Positions 10,587 through 21,262 are shown, numbered from the stretch's first letter. The stretch: 64,000 nucleotides of DNA from Vulcanimicrobiota bacterium (GCA_963812155.1 CAWETW010000003.1:896001-960000); one strand, 5' to 3'. Numbers and translations are program-made. Notes: generated by a model from the sequence alone, not told the origin.

Positions 10587-11456
10587 CTAGTTCATAAAGG
10601 AGAGGCCCGGCGCCGACGTAATGTTGCGTTTGGCCGTTGATGAGCGTCGGCGAGAAGCCGTACTCGACGTCGAACTGCACGTGCTGTCCCAAGTCGCGCT
10701 GATAGATGAAATCGGCGAACGATTTGCCGCCGAGCGTCGGCCCTGCCTTCGAAAAATAGGCGTACTCGGCGCTGATCTGAGACGGACCGCCCGGCAACGC
10801 GGCGCTTAACTCAATCGTCGGCGTGAACGCGAAGTACGACTGCGGCACGCCGGGCGAGACAAAGGCGCTGAACGCGTTGAAGCCGAGCGTGCCCGAGAGG
10901 CCGAACTCGGAGTTTACGGTGTAGGCCCAGTTGAAATTGCCGGTGTACTGCGCGTTGCCGGCGCTGAACGCGGTTGCACCGGTCGGAATCGTGATGGCGG
11001 CGTTAACGCCCCAATCGGCATTAGATGTGTAGCCGAGTTCGTACTTGGCTCCGATTGCGAGATCGCTCATGCCGCCGACGGTGGTTCCGCCGACGGAGGA
11101 ATGGTTCTCGCTAATCGGTCCGACCTCGACGTCGAGGTGAGGATCGGCGGTGCCGATGCGAATGAGCGATTGCGGATACGTTGCCGTGTTTCCACCGCCG
11201 GCGCCGGTTGTGACGAGATTGGTGTAGCCGTTTTCGAGGACGACGTGTCCGGTCCGAACGGTGCAGACGCCGGTGCCGAACGTCGGACGATTGACGATCG
11301 AAAGCAGCGACCCGCAGGGATCGGACGGCGCCGAAGGCGTCGGGCTCGCGGTGGTCGGCGGCGTGGGCGAGGGCCGAGCGTGGATCGTGCGCCGCGCGGC
11401 AACCGCGAGAAGGCCGCTAGAGGAAAGCGACGGGCCAGACGTTAGGCGGTGGTCAT
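10587..11456 (-). CDS. Putative beta-barrel transporter (MetA-pathway/SphA-like), frameshifted, start uncertain
   Basis: PSDPCGSLLSIVNRPTFGTGVCTVRTGHVVLENGY, SDLAIGAKYELG and QFDVEYG. The corrected C-terminus is GAGLSFMN*. Confidence 0.6.
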
Positions 11457-11517
11457 CGGAAAACGTCCGAGGACGGTCATCGGCAGCGTATCCTATCGCG
11501 CGCAGAACGCGCTGTCA

Positions 11518-11543
11518 ATCGTCCGTTCGGATGATCCGTTCGG
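11518..11543. promoter_or_regulatory. Candidate operator upstream of the kdp operon
   Basis: Near-perfect 18-bp palindrome ATCGTCCGTTCGGATGAT (11518-11535), overlapping the direct repeat TCCGTTCGG x2 (11522, 11535). Confidence 0.4.
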
Positions 11544-11591
11544 CGGCTATCGCGTGACCGCGGCGAACCGCCCGTATGCGTGGTAGGCGCC

Positions 11592-11675
11592 ATGCTTGAG
11601 ATCGGCGTCATCGTGCTCTCGATCGTGTGCTTCGTGATCCTCGACCTCTACGTTCTGGGTTGCGAGAAAGTGTGA
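11592..11675 (+). CDS. Small hydrophobic Kdp-associated peptide, 27 aa (MLEIGVIVLSIVCFVILDLYVLGCEKV)
   Basis: Not in the ORF track. One TM helix with a C-terminal GCEKV, ending 4 nt before kdpF. Confidence 0.7.
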   Translation: MLEIGVIVLSIVCFVILDLYVLGCEKV

Positions 11676-11679
11676 GCCC

Positions 11680-11769
11680 GTGTCCTTCGATAACGCGCTC
11701 GGCCTCATGCTCACGGTCGCGGGCCTGGCGTATCTCGCATTCGCCATGCTTCGGCCGGAAAAATTCTAG
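11680..11769 (+). CDS. kdpF: K+-transporting ATPase subunit F, 29 aa (MSFDNALGLMLTVAGLAYLAFAMLRPEKF)
   Basis: Signature YLxxAMLRPEKF. The stop abuts the kdpA ATG. Confidence 0.92.
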   Translation: MSFDNALGLMLTVAGLAYLAFAMLRPEKF

Positions 11770-13469
11770 ATGACCGCAATCGGCTGGCTGCAAGCCATCG
11801 TCTTCTTTCTCATCGTGCTGGCACTGACCAAGCCGATCGGCCTCTACATGGCGCGCGTGTTCGCCGGCGAGCGCACGTGGCTGTCTCCCGTATTGCGGCC
11901 GATCGAGAAAATCGTCTATCGCCTCGGCGGTGTTCGCGAAGACGAGGAGATGCCGTGGTACGCCTACGCGCTGTCGATGCTCGCGTTCTCAGTCATCGGC
12001 CTCATCTATCTCTACGTTCTTTTGCGCACGCAAAAGTGGCTGCCGTTCAATCCGCAGCATTTCGACAACATGGCTCCCGACCTCGCCTGGAACACCGCGG
12101 TCAGCTTCCTCACCAACACGAACTGGCAGTTCTACTCCGGCGAGAGCACGATGAGTTATCTCTCGCAGATGGCGGGATTGGCGTGGCATAACTTCGTCTC
12201 CGCGGCCGTCGGCATCGCCATCGCGGTCGCCGTCATCCGCGGCGTCGTGCGAACGACGGCGAAGACGCTCGGAAACTTTTGGGTCGATCTCACGCGCTGC
12301 TCGCTCTACGTTTTGTTGCCGATCTCGATCGTCATCGGTCTCTTCTTGGTGGCGCAGGGCGTTCCGCAGAACTTCCACGCGTATCAGGACGTCAAGTCGA
12401 TCGAAGGGTTTGCGCAATCGATTACCGGCGGCCCGATGGCATCGCAAGAAGTCATCAAGGAGCTCGGCACGAACGGCGGCGGCTTCGTCAACGCGAACTC
12501 CGCGTCGCCGAACGAGAATCCCAATCCGCTGACCAATCTCGTCGAAATGGTGCTGATCTTTTCGCTCGGCGCGGGTTTGACGTATACGTACGGCCGGATG
12601 GTCAAGGACACGCGGCAGGGCTGGGCGATCTTCACCGCGATGTCGATCATCTTCTTCGTCGGTTTCACGACCGCGTATTGGGCCGAAGCGGCGGGCAATC
12701 CGCTGGTGCATCAGCTCGGCGTCGCGGGCGCCAACATGGAAGGCAAGGAGTGCCGCTTCGGCGCTGCGGCGTCGGCCTTGTTTGCGACGGTGACGACCGA
12801 TACGTCGTGCGGTGCGGTCAACTCCATGCACGATTCGTTCATGCCGCTCGGCGGTCTCGTACCGCTGGTGAACATGCAGCTCGGCGAGATCATCTTCGGC
12901 GGCGTCGGCAGCGGCCTGTACGGCATGATCGTCTTCGTCGTGCTCACGGTGTTCATCGCCGGCCTGATGGTCGGCCGCACGCCGGAGTTTCTCGGAAAGA
13001 AGATCGAGCGCCGCGAGGTGCAGTTCGCGATCCTAGCCGTGCTCGTCACGCCCGTCTTGGTTTTGGTTCCGACGGCGGTGGCGGCGATCGTGCCGGCCGG
13101 GCTGGCAACGCTGAACAACGCCGGACCGCACGGATTCTCGGAAATCCTCTACGCGTTCACCTCGACGAACGCCAACAACGGTTCGGCCTTCGCCGGCCTC
13201 GGATCGAATCTGTTCTACAACATCGTCACCGGCATCAACATGATGTTCGGACGCTTTACCGTCGCGATCCCGGCGCTCGCACTCGCGGGAGCGCTTGCCG
13301 GAAAGAAAGCCGTTCCCGAGGGCGCGGCACGTTCACGACCCACTCGCCGATCTTCGTCGCGCTGCTGATCGGCGTGATCGTCATCGTCGGCGCGCTGACG
13401 TTTCTCCCGGCCGACGCGCTCGGGCCGATCGTCGAACACCTCCTCGTCTATCAAGGAAAGACGTTCTAG
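11770..13469 (+). CDS. kdpA: K+-transporting ATPase subunit A (frameshift ~13328)
   Basis: NTAVSFLTNTNWQFYSGE, IKELGTNGGGF, GAVNSMHDS, GRTPEFLGKKIE and NNGSAFAGL. The C-terminus LTFLPADALGPIVEHL is in a second frame. Confidence 0.97.
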
Positions 13470-15532
13470 TGTTATCCGCACGCCGTCTGGAGCGCCGCCC
13501 GAAGGCCCGTTCGCTCTTCGATCGCGCGATCGTCGTTCGCGCGCATCGGAGATTCGTTCAAGAAACTCGACCCGCGATGGCAGGTGCGCAATCCGGTCAT
13601 GTTCGTCGTGGAAGTCGGCGCGCTCGTTACGACCTTCTTTTTCGTCCGCGACCTCATCCAGCACAACGGCAGCGCCGGCTTCGATTTTGCGATCTCCGCT
13701 TGGCTGTGGTTCACGGTGCTCTTCGCCAACTTCGCCGAAGCGGTCGCCGAAGGCCGCGGCAAGGCGCAAGCCGATTATCTGCGGCGCACCAAGTCCGATA
13801 CGACGGCGCGTTGCTCACCGACGGAAACGTCGAAGAGATCGTTCCGAGCACGAGCTTGCGCAAGGGCGACCGCTTCGTCGTCGACGGCCGACGAGATCAT
13901 CGCCGCCGACGGCGAGGTGCTCGAAGGTGCGGCTACGGTCGACGAATCGGCGATCACCGGCGAATCCGCGCCGGTCATCCGCGAATCCGGCGGCGATCGC
14001 AGCGCGGTCACCGGCGGCACGCGCGTGCTCTCCGATCGCATCGTCGTGCGCGTCACGGCCAATCCCGGCGAAAGTTTTCTCGATCGCATGATCTCGCTCG
14101 TCGAGGGCGCGCAGCGGCAGAAGACGCCCAACGAGATCGCGCTGTCGATCCTGCTCGCGGGCCTCACGATCATCTTCGTGATCGCGGTTGCGACGCTCGC
14201 TGCCGTTCTCGATCTATGCGGGCACGACGCAGAGCGTGACCGTGCTGATCGCGCTTGCTCGTATGTCTCATCCCGACGACGATCGGCGGATTGCTGTCGG
14301 CGATCGGCATCGCCGGCATGGACCGCGTCATGCAGCGCAACGTCTTGGCGATGAGCGGCCGCGCGGTCGAAGCCGCCGGCGACGTCGATACGCTGCTGCT
14401 CGACAAGACCGGCACGATCACGCTCGGCAATCGCCAGGCCGTCGAAATCATCTGCGCTGCAGGGCATCGACCCGAAAGATGCCGCCCGCATCGCGTATCT
14501 CTCGTCGCTTGCCGACGAAACGCCGGAAGGACGTTCGATCGTCGCGCTGGCGCAGCAGAGCAGGGCTCGCGCGACGGCGAAGTCCCGAGGGCGCGACGTT
14601 CGTGCCGTTCAGCGCGTACACGCGCATGAGCGGCGTGGACATGGCCGACGGCACGAAGATCCGCAAAGGCGCGCCGGACTCCGTCCTCGCGTGGGTGCGC
14701 GAACCGGGCGGGAATCCATCGGCCGAGCTGTCGCCGCACGTCGAGCGCATCGCGCGCAGCGGCGGCACGCCGTTGCTGCTGGCGCGCAACACGCTCGTCC
14801 TCGGCGTGATCTACCTCAAGGACATTCTCAAGCCGAACATGCGCGAGCGGTTCGACCGTCTGCGCGCGATGGGAATTCGCACCGTGATGATTACCGGCGA
14901 CAATCCGCTCACGGCGGCGACGATCGCCAAGGAAGCCGGCGTCGACGACTTCCTCGCCGAGGCGACGCCCGAGACGAAGATGGATCTGATCAAGCGCGAG
15001 CAGACCTCGGGCCGTCTCGTCGCCATGACCGGCGACGGTACGAACGACGCTCCGGCGTTGGCGCAAGCCGACGTCGGCGTCGCGATGAACTCGGGCACGC
15101 AGGCGGCAAAAGAAGCCGGCAACATGGTCGATCTCGACTCCGATCCCACCAAACTGATCGAGATCGTCGAGATCGGCAAGCAGCTGCTCATGACGCGCGG
15201 CGCCCTCACGACGTTCTCGATCGCCAACGACGTGGCGAAGTATTTTGCGATTCTGCCGGCGATGTTCGCGATTGCGTACAAGCCGATGGAGCTGCTCAAC
15301 GTCATGCGTCTCGCGACGCCGCAAAGCGCGATTCTCTCGGCCGTCATCTTCAACGCGCTGATCATCATCGCGCTGATTCCGCTCGCATTGCGCGGCGTGA
15401 AGTACGTGCCGAAAGGCGCCAATGCGGTGCTCTTCGAGAACGTCATGCTCTACGGCGTCGGCGGCATCATCATCCCGTTCGTCGGCATCAAAGCTCATCG
15501 ACATGATCCTTACTGCCCTTCATTTGACGTAG
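13469..15532 (+). CDS. kdpB: K+-transporting ATPase subunit B (at least seven apparent frameshifts)
   Basis: [64 protein letters not shown] and [14 protein letters not shown], spread over three frames. Confidence 0.95.
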
Positions 15533-15540
15533 AGGTTCTC

Positions 15541-16115
15541 ATGTTACGATATTTCGGCACTTCGCTGCGGATGACGATCGTGAGCATCGTCTTGCTCGGA
15601 TTGATCTATCCGCTGGCCATGACGGGAATCGCGCAAGTGCTCTTCCCGAAACAGGCGAACGGCTCGCTCGTGGTCGTGAACGGGAAAGTCGTCGGATCGT
15701 GGATCATCGGCCAACTCTGGACGAAGCCGCAGTACTTTCAGGGGCGCCCGTCGGCAGCCGGAAAGGGCTACGACCCCACGTCGACCGGCGGCACGAACCT
15801 CGGGCCAACGTCGGCGAAACTGTTGAAGGCGACGAAAGCGACGATCGCACAGCTCGAAAAGACAATCCGGACGCAAACGGAGCGCCGCCGATCGATCTCG
15901 TGACGTCGAGCGCGAGCGGCATCGATCCCGACATCACGCCTGAGGCTGCGTATTGGGAGGCGCCGCGCGTCGCTAAGGCGCGCCACCGTTCGCTCGATTC
16001 GGTGCGGTCGCTGATCGCGTCGCACGTGCAGGGACGGCAGTTCGGGTTCCTCGGCGAGCCGCACGTCAACGTACTCGAACTCAATCTCGCGCTCGACGGC
16101 GTGAAGCCCGAGTGA
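15541..16115 (+). CDS. kdpC: K+-transporting ATPase subunit C (frameshift ~15860)
   Basis: [46 protein letters not shown] and [15 protein letters not shown]. Confidence 0.95.
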
Positions 16116-16126
16116 ACGCGCCTTCG

Positions 16127-16195
16127 CCCTTCGACTACGCCGCGGAGCCTGTGCTGAGCGAGCGAAGCGAGTCGAAGTGCTCCCCTCAGGATGAC
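16127..16195. repeat. REP-like palindromic element between convergent kdpC and the kdpD-like gene
   Basis: CCCTTCGACTACGC...GTGCTGAGCGAGCGAAGCGAGTCGAAG...CTCAGGATGAC. Internal inverted repeats CTTCGACT/AGTCGAAG and GGAGC/GCTCC. Confidence 0.55.
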
Positions 16196-18312
16196 GGAGT
16201 CGGTTCGTCGCTGGTTTGAGGCGGCGTGAGAACGAGGAGCTCGCGTGCGCCGGCATCGAGTAAGGCGCCGGGCGAACGACGATTTCGTAAGCCATCGCGG
16301 TGTGCGTGCGCGCCGGCAAGCGCGATCGTCGTCTCCGGGCGTTGTCGCGCGATTTCGATCAGGCGTTTCGGGACATCCGGTGCCGTGGCCTCAATCCATT
16401 CGACGTTCGTCTTGCGCGCCTCGGCGCGCAGCCGCTCGACGACCGCCGGATCGAGGGTACGTTTGGGGCTCGTGACGTGGGCGATCGCAAAATCGATCGC
16501 GAGACGAGCGGCAATGCGGCCGGCACGGGCGATCGTGGGCAGCTCTTCGATGCGCGGCGCAACGCTGAGCAGAAGGCGTTCGAACGGCGACGGAATTTGC
16601 TCGCGGAACCGGGCTCGCAGCGCTTCCCGAATGGCCAGTTCGCGTAGCGCGATGAGATTTTCCGTTTTGAAAAAGTTCGTGAGCGCCGTGTCGACGCGAT
16701 CGAGAGGATAGATCTTCCCATCGCGTAGGCGCTGGCGCAACGTGTCGGGCGTCACGTCGATCAGAACCACGTCGTCGGCGAGCGAAAGGATTCCGTCGGG
16801 AAGCGTTTCGCGAACGATCGTACCGGTAAGACGCCGGACGGTATCGCCAAGGCCCTCGAGATGCTGGATATTGAGCGTCGTGACGACGTCAATGCCTGCC
16901 CGCAAGACGGCAAGCACGTCGTGAAAACGCTTCGGCGCGACGGAGCCGGGCGCGTTGGTATGGGCGAGTTCGTCAACGAGCGCGACCCGCGGATGACGCG
17001 CAATCAATGCGTCGCGATCGAATTCCCGGTACGTCGTTGCGTTGACGACGGTCGTCTTCGGCGCGAGTACCGTGAGACCGTCGAGCAGCGCGGCGGTTTC
17101 TTTGCGGCCGTGCGTTTCGACGAAACCGGCGACGACGTCTACGCCTTCGGCCTGCATTTGGTGGGCGCGGTCGAGCATGGCGTAGGTCTTGCCGGCGCCG
17201 GCGGCCGCACCTAAATAGACCGTGAGTTTGCCATAGCCCATGCGCAATCGATCGCCCGTAGTGGAGGAGTACGGCGAGCGCGCCGGATTTTCAACCAGGA
17301 ACGTCTGTCCGGTTCCGACGACGAACAGATCGCAGGCGAGTGCGGAGTTTGCGAGCTTCGTGGCTTCCTTGCCGTTCGGAATGGCAATTAATGCCGGCCG
17401 AAGGCGGCCGCGTGCGACCTGCGCGGGCTCGACTCGGTCACGGAAAATTTCTCCACCGAGCTCGCGAACGATGGGCTCGAGGGGGGCAGCATCGGTTCCG
17501 GCCGTGGGCACGACCTCGAGTCCCAAATCGAGGGCGCCGGCGATTGCCGCGGTGCGCTTGAGAAATGGCGCGGGGTCTACGTTTGGGTAGACGAACGCCG
17601 TTGCCGTCGAACTGCGCGCGGCTTTGATCGCCGGAAGCGTCAACGTGTCGAGCGTGCGCAGCAGCAGTTCGCGCAGCATGTAGAGCGTCTGCTCCTTGAA
17701 TGCTCCGTTGAGCGCGCGATCGATGTCTTGTTCGTTGACGATCTTTCCAGCCTGCACGCGGCTACGCAGCAGGCGCGCCGACACGTCGAGCGCGATGACC
17801 TCATCGGCACTCTGCAAAAACGAAAGCGGGATGATCTCGCGCACGGGATATCCGACGAGCGCTTCGGCCGTGGGGGCAACCGTTTCGAGATGGGCGATGT
17901 TGAACGTGCCGACGACGCTAATGCCGGATTCGCGCAACGCCAGCGCATCTTGCCAGCGCTTGGCATGTACGGCGCCTTCGAGGTTATCGTGGGCGAGTTC
18001 GTCGAGCAGCAGCACGTCGGGGTGCAACCGGACGGCGGCGTCATAGTCGAAGTCGTCGAAAACGCTGCTGCCGACGACGACACGACGCGGCGTAACGCGA
18101 GGGATCGCGGCGGCCGCGATTTCGAGATCGGGCCTTCCTTTCGTCTCGACCCAGCCGATGGCGACGCTTTTGCCGGCAGCTTGGAGGCGACGGCCGTCTT
18201 CGAGCAGGCGACGGGTCTTGCCGGCACCGGGTGCACTCGCGACGTAGACGACCAAGCGCGCGTGATGCCCGAGTTCCCGAAGGATTTCCTCGGCGCGCGC
18301 GCTCCTTTCCAT
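16186..18312 (-). CDS. Soluble KdpD-like sensor with two tandem KdpD N-terminal domains, each followed by a Usp-like segment; no TM or kinase domain
   Basis: Domain 1: VYVASAPGAGKT, GWVETKGR, LLDELAHDN, KRWQD, TFNIAHLET. Domain 2: VYLGAAAGAGKTYAML, GFVETHGR, LVDELAHTN, TTLNIQHLEGL, FFKTENLIALRELA. Confidence 0.9.
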   Translation of the reverse strand: MERSARAEEILRELGHHARLVVYVASAPGAGKTRRLLEDGRRLQAAGKSVAIGWVETKGRPDLEIAAAAIPRVTPRRVVVGSSVFDDFDYDAAVRLHPDVLLLDELAHDNLEGAVHAKRWQDALALRESGISVVGTFNIAHLETVAPTAEALVGYPVREIIPLSFLQSADEVIALDVSARLLRSRVQAGKIVNEQDIDRALNGAFKEQTLYMLRELLLRTLDTLTLPAIKAARSSTATAFVYPNVDPAPFLKRTAAIAGALDLGLEVVPTAGTDAAPLEPIVRELGGEIFRDRVEPAQVARGRLRPALIAIPNGKEATKLANSALACDLFVVGTGQTFLVENPARSPYSSTTGDRLRMGYGKLTVYLGAAAGAGKTYAMLDRAHQMQAEGVDVVAGFVETHGRKETAALLDGLTVLAPKTTVVNATTYREFDRDALIARHPRVALVDELAHTNAPGSVAPKRFHDVLAVLRAGIDVVTTLNIQHLEGLGDTVRRLTGTIVRETLPDGILSLADDVVLIDVTPDTLRQRLRDGKIYPLDRVDTALTNFFKTENLIALRELAIREALRARFREQIPSPFERLLLSVAPRIEELPTIARAGRIAARLAIDFAIAHVTSPKRTLDPAVVERLRAEARKTNVEWIEATAPDVPKRLIEIARQRPETTIALAGAHAHRDGLRNRRSPGALLDAGARELLVLTPPQTSDEPTPSS

Positions 18313-18334
18313 TGCGTTGCCGGTTCTGCACGGC

Positions 18335-19924
18335 ATGCAAGGCACCCCCGCCGCCGTCGAGAAGGCGTGGCGAATGGCCATCCTGTGCTATGCATTGCTG
18401 ATTGCGGCGTGGCTCGTCGATTTGTTCACGCCGCAACTCTTCGTTGCAGCGATCTTACTGAACGGCCCGATCGCGCTCAGCAGCCTTGCATTGCAGCGGC
18501 GGCTCACCGCGCAGCTCGTCGTAGCAGCCGAGATCGCAAATGCGATTGCCGGCTACGTAAACGGAGTGCAGGCCGGCCGTCATTGGGACGTCGTCGCCAT
18601 CGCCGATCGCCTGCTGCTGGCCGCGTCATTCGTGCTCGTGGGATATATGAGCATCAAGACGCAAGAGTTTGCTCGCGAAGCCGGCGAGTCTGCCGGCCGA
18701 ATGCGTCAAATACAAATCGAACGAGCGCTGCGCGAAGCGACGGGCCGCGTGCGGGAGACCCTTAACGTCGAACTCGTTCAGCGCGCGATTCTTCGTGAGT
18801 CGCTGAGGCTGCTCGGCGCCTCGGCGGCAATGCTGATCGAGCGCGATTCGGCCTTCTCGTTGCCGCTGATCATCGAGCTCACCGGCGGCGATGCGGAGAT
18901 CACCTTCGAGCGCCGCACGTTGTCGACGGAACTCGCATCGCTGGCTCAACGTGCGCGCGAAAGTCCCGGGGTTACGCGAGTTTCCTCAAACGACGCCCTG
19001 GGGCGCATGACGATCGAAGCACTGGGTGCGCGCGAAGTATTGGCGTCGCGCGTACGCGCTGCGGGTGCGGCCTCCGACGACGTGCTGGTCGAACTGGCGA
19101 AAGGGGAGAGCCGGTTTGCGGGCGACGCCGTGACGGCGATGCAAGCGTTTGCCGAGCAGGCCGGCATCGCACTGGAGCAAGCTCGCCTGTTCGCACAGCT
19201 CGGCGAACGAAACGACGAAATCGCGCGTCAAAAGGACGAACTCGCGCGCCGTACCGAAGTGATTCGCGATCTCGTATACGCACTGGCACACGATCTGCGA
19301 ACGCCGTTGGCGGCCGCCGACGTCACGATGAAACAAGCCATGGCGGGGGCCTATGGAGAACTTCCGCCGCGGTATGCGGAAATTCTGCGCGCGACGCTCG
19401 CCGCGAACGAGGATCAGCGCCGCATGGTCGAGTCGTTGCTGCTGATCGCCCGCTACGAAGCCGGTGAAGAATCGACCCTTCACGAATCGATCTCGGCTGC
19501 GCCGCTCATCGCGAGCGTGGTCGAGGAGTTACGACCGGTAGCCGAGAGCCGGAAGGTGCACCTGACGAGCGATGCCGCCGACCGCGACCTTCCGATCCTC
19601 GGCGATCCGTACGAGCTGCGGCGCGCCTTCATGAACCTGATTGCGAATGCGATCGCGGCGACTCCGGAAGGCGGAACGATTAGCGTTCGCGGTGAGCGCT
19701 CCGAGGGCGAGGTGAAGATCGCGATCGACGACGACGGATATGGCGTGCCTGCCGAACTGCGGCCGTCGCTGTTCACGCGGTTCGGCAGAGCGCGCTCCAG
19801 CGGCGGCAGTGGACTGGGACTCTATATCGTCCGGCGCATCGTCGAAAAGCACGGCGGGACCGTTATGTTCGAACCACGCGATCCACGCGGAAGCACGTTT
19901 ACGGTGAGGCTGCCCGCCGCATGA
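18335..19924 (+). CDS. Membrane sensor histidine kinase (N-terminal TM bundle, GAF-like region, HisKA, HATPase)
   Basis: H-box ALAHDLRTPL, N-box FMNLIANAI, DDDGYGV and GSGLGLYIV. GAF exit motif AFAEQAGIALEQARLF. The start could be 18335 or 18374. Confidence 0.92.
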   Translation: MQGTPAAVEKAWRMAILCYALLIAAWLVDLFTPQLFVAAILLNGPIALSSLALQRRLTAQLVVAAEIANAIAGYVNGVQAGRHWDVVAIADRLLLAASFVLVGYMSIKTQEFAREAGESAGRMRQIQIERALREATGRVRETLNVELVQRAILRESLRLLGASAAMLIERDSAFSLPLIIELTGGDAEITFERRTLSTELASLAQRARESPGVTRVSSNDALGRMTIEALGAREVLASRVRAAGAASDDVLVELAKGESRFAGDAVTAMQAFAEQAGIALEQARLFAQLGERNDEIARQKDELARRTEVIRDLVYALAHDLRTPLAAADVTMKQAMAGAYGELPPRYAEILRATLAANEDQRRMVESLLLIARYEAGEESTLHESISAAPLIASVVEELRPVAESRKVHLTSDAADRDLPILGDPYELRRAFMNLIANAIAATPEGGTISVRGERSEGEVKIAIDDDGYGVPAELRPSLFTRFGRARSSGGSGLGLYIVRRIVEKHGGTVMFEPRDPRGSTFTVRLPAA

Positions 19925-20562
19925 TGCAGCGTACGCCGAAGCCGCGGGTGGCCATCGTTGAAGACCACGCACTCACGCGCGCGGGATTGCGCACTACTCT
20001 GGAGTCTTCGTGCGACGTCGTTGGAGAGGCCGCCGACGGCGTCGCCGGCCTCGACCTCCTACTTCGCGAGCGCCCGGACGTCGCCGTGATCGACATCGGG
20101 CTGCCGGGCATAGACGGGATTGCGCTCACACAACGCGTGCGCGCGGAATTGCCGGCGACGCGCGTCGTCATCGTCACGATGATCGACCTTGAAGAAGAAG
20201 TGCTGGCGGCACTGGCGGCGGGCGCCGACGCCTATTGCTTGAAGAACTCCGATCCGCAGCGCGTCGCCGATGCGGTGCGCATTGCGGCCGATGGGGGTGC
20301 GTTTTTCGATCCCCAGATCGCGCACGTCGTGCTGTCGCAGTTTTCGCCGCGAAAGGACGATCTTCACGGCTCACCACTCAGCGTTCGGGAGACCGAGATT
20401 TTGCGGCTCATCGCCGACGGACGCGCGAATGCGGAGATCGCCGAGCAACTCTACATCGGCCTAGGCACGGTCAAGGGACACATTCGCGACATTCTGGTGA
20501 AGTTGTCGGCTTCCGATCGCACGCACGCCGCCGTTACGGCGCTGCGGAGAGGGTATATTTAG
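19921..20562 (+). CDS. NarL/LuxR-family response regulator
   Basis: Receiver motifs IVEDHALTRAG and PDVAVIDIGLPGIDG. HTH LSVRETEILRLIADGRANAEIAEQLYIGLGTVKGH. ATGA overlap with the kinase. Confidence 0.95.
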   Translation: MMQRTPKPRVAIVEDHALTRAGLRTTLESSCDVVGEAADGVAGLDLLLRERPDVAVIDIGLPGIDGIALTQRVRAELPATRVVIVTMIDLEEEVLAALAAGADAYCLKNSDPQRVADAVRIAADGGAFFDPQIAHVVLSQFSPRKDDLHGSPLSVRETEILRLIADGRANAEIAEQLYIGLGTVKGHIRDILVKLSASDRTHAAVTALRRGYI

Positions 20563-21252
20563 CCTGAGAGAGGCGTGCCGAGCATGGCGCGGATGCGTTC
20601 GCCCGCGCCGTTCTTCACGATGACGATCATCGAGTCGCCGGGGCTGCAGCGTCGTTTCTCCGGTGGGAATTTCGAGGTCGTCGTTGGGATGATCGATCGC
20701 CACGACCACGGAGTTGTGCGGGAGATTGACTTCGCCGAGGGTCTTTCCGGCAACGGGAGATTCGTCGGGAATGGCCACCTTTACGAGTTGCATCTTGCCT
20801 TTCCCGAAAAGATGCATCGTCTCGAGCATCGAGCGGTATTTCGCGGCGTTGACGTGTTCGTTGAGAACGTCGAGAATGAGTTCGGTCGAGGAGATCACGG
20901 TCACCGGATCCTCGAGCCCAAGCGAGTCGAAGACGAGTTTATTCGCCGGATTATTGACGCGCGCAATGCAGCGCGCCTTCGATTTCTTTTTCGAGAGCAA
21001 CACGACGACGAGATTGTCTTCGTCGTCGCCCGTGTCGGCCACCACGACGTCGGCGCGCGCAATGCCGGCGCTCTCGAGCACGGCCGGGTCGCAGCCGTCA
21101 CCGACGACCGTCGCTTGACGGTCGATCAGACGCTCGAGCGCCTTGGCTTTGCGTGCGTCTTTCTCGACGACCACGACTTCGTTGCCCTGATTGACGAGCG
21201 CGCGCGTGAGATACGAGCCGACTTTACCGCCGCCGACGATGAGAATGAACAT
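20559..21252 (-). CDS. TrkA/KtrA-family RCK protein (frameshift ~20640)
   Basis: ILIVGGGKVG, GDGCDPAVLESAGIARAD, TGDDEDNL, IARVNNP and RCK_C SPVAGKTLGEV. Confidence 0.92.
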
Positions 21253-21262
21253 CAGAGGTTCC

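Noticed and set aside
14188..15903. Apparent KdpB-KdpC fusion ORF
   Set aside because: An extra A near 15491 hides the KdpB end ([14 protein letters not shown], stop 15532). kdpC has its own SD and ATG at 15541.
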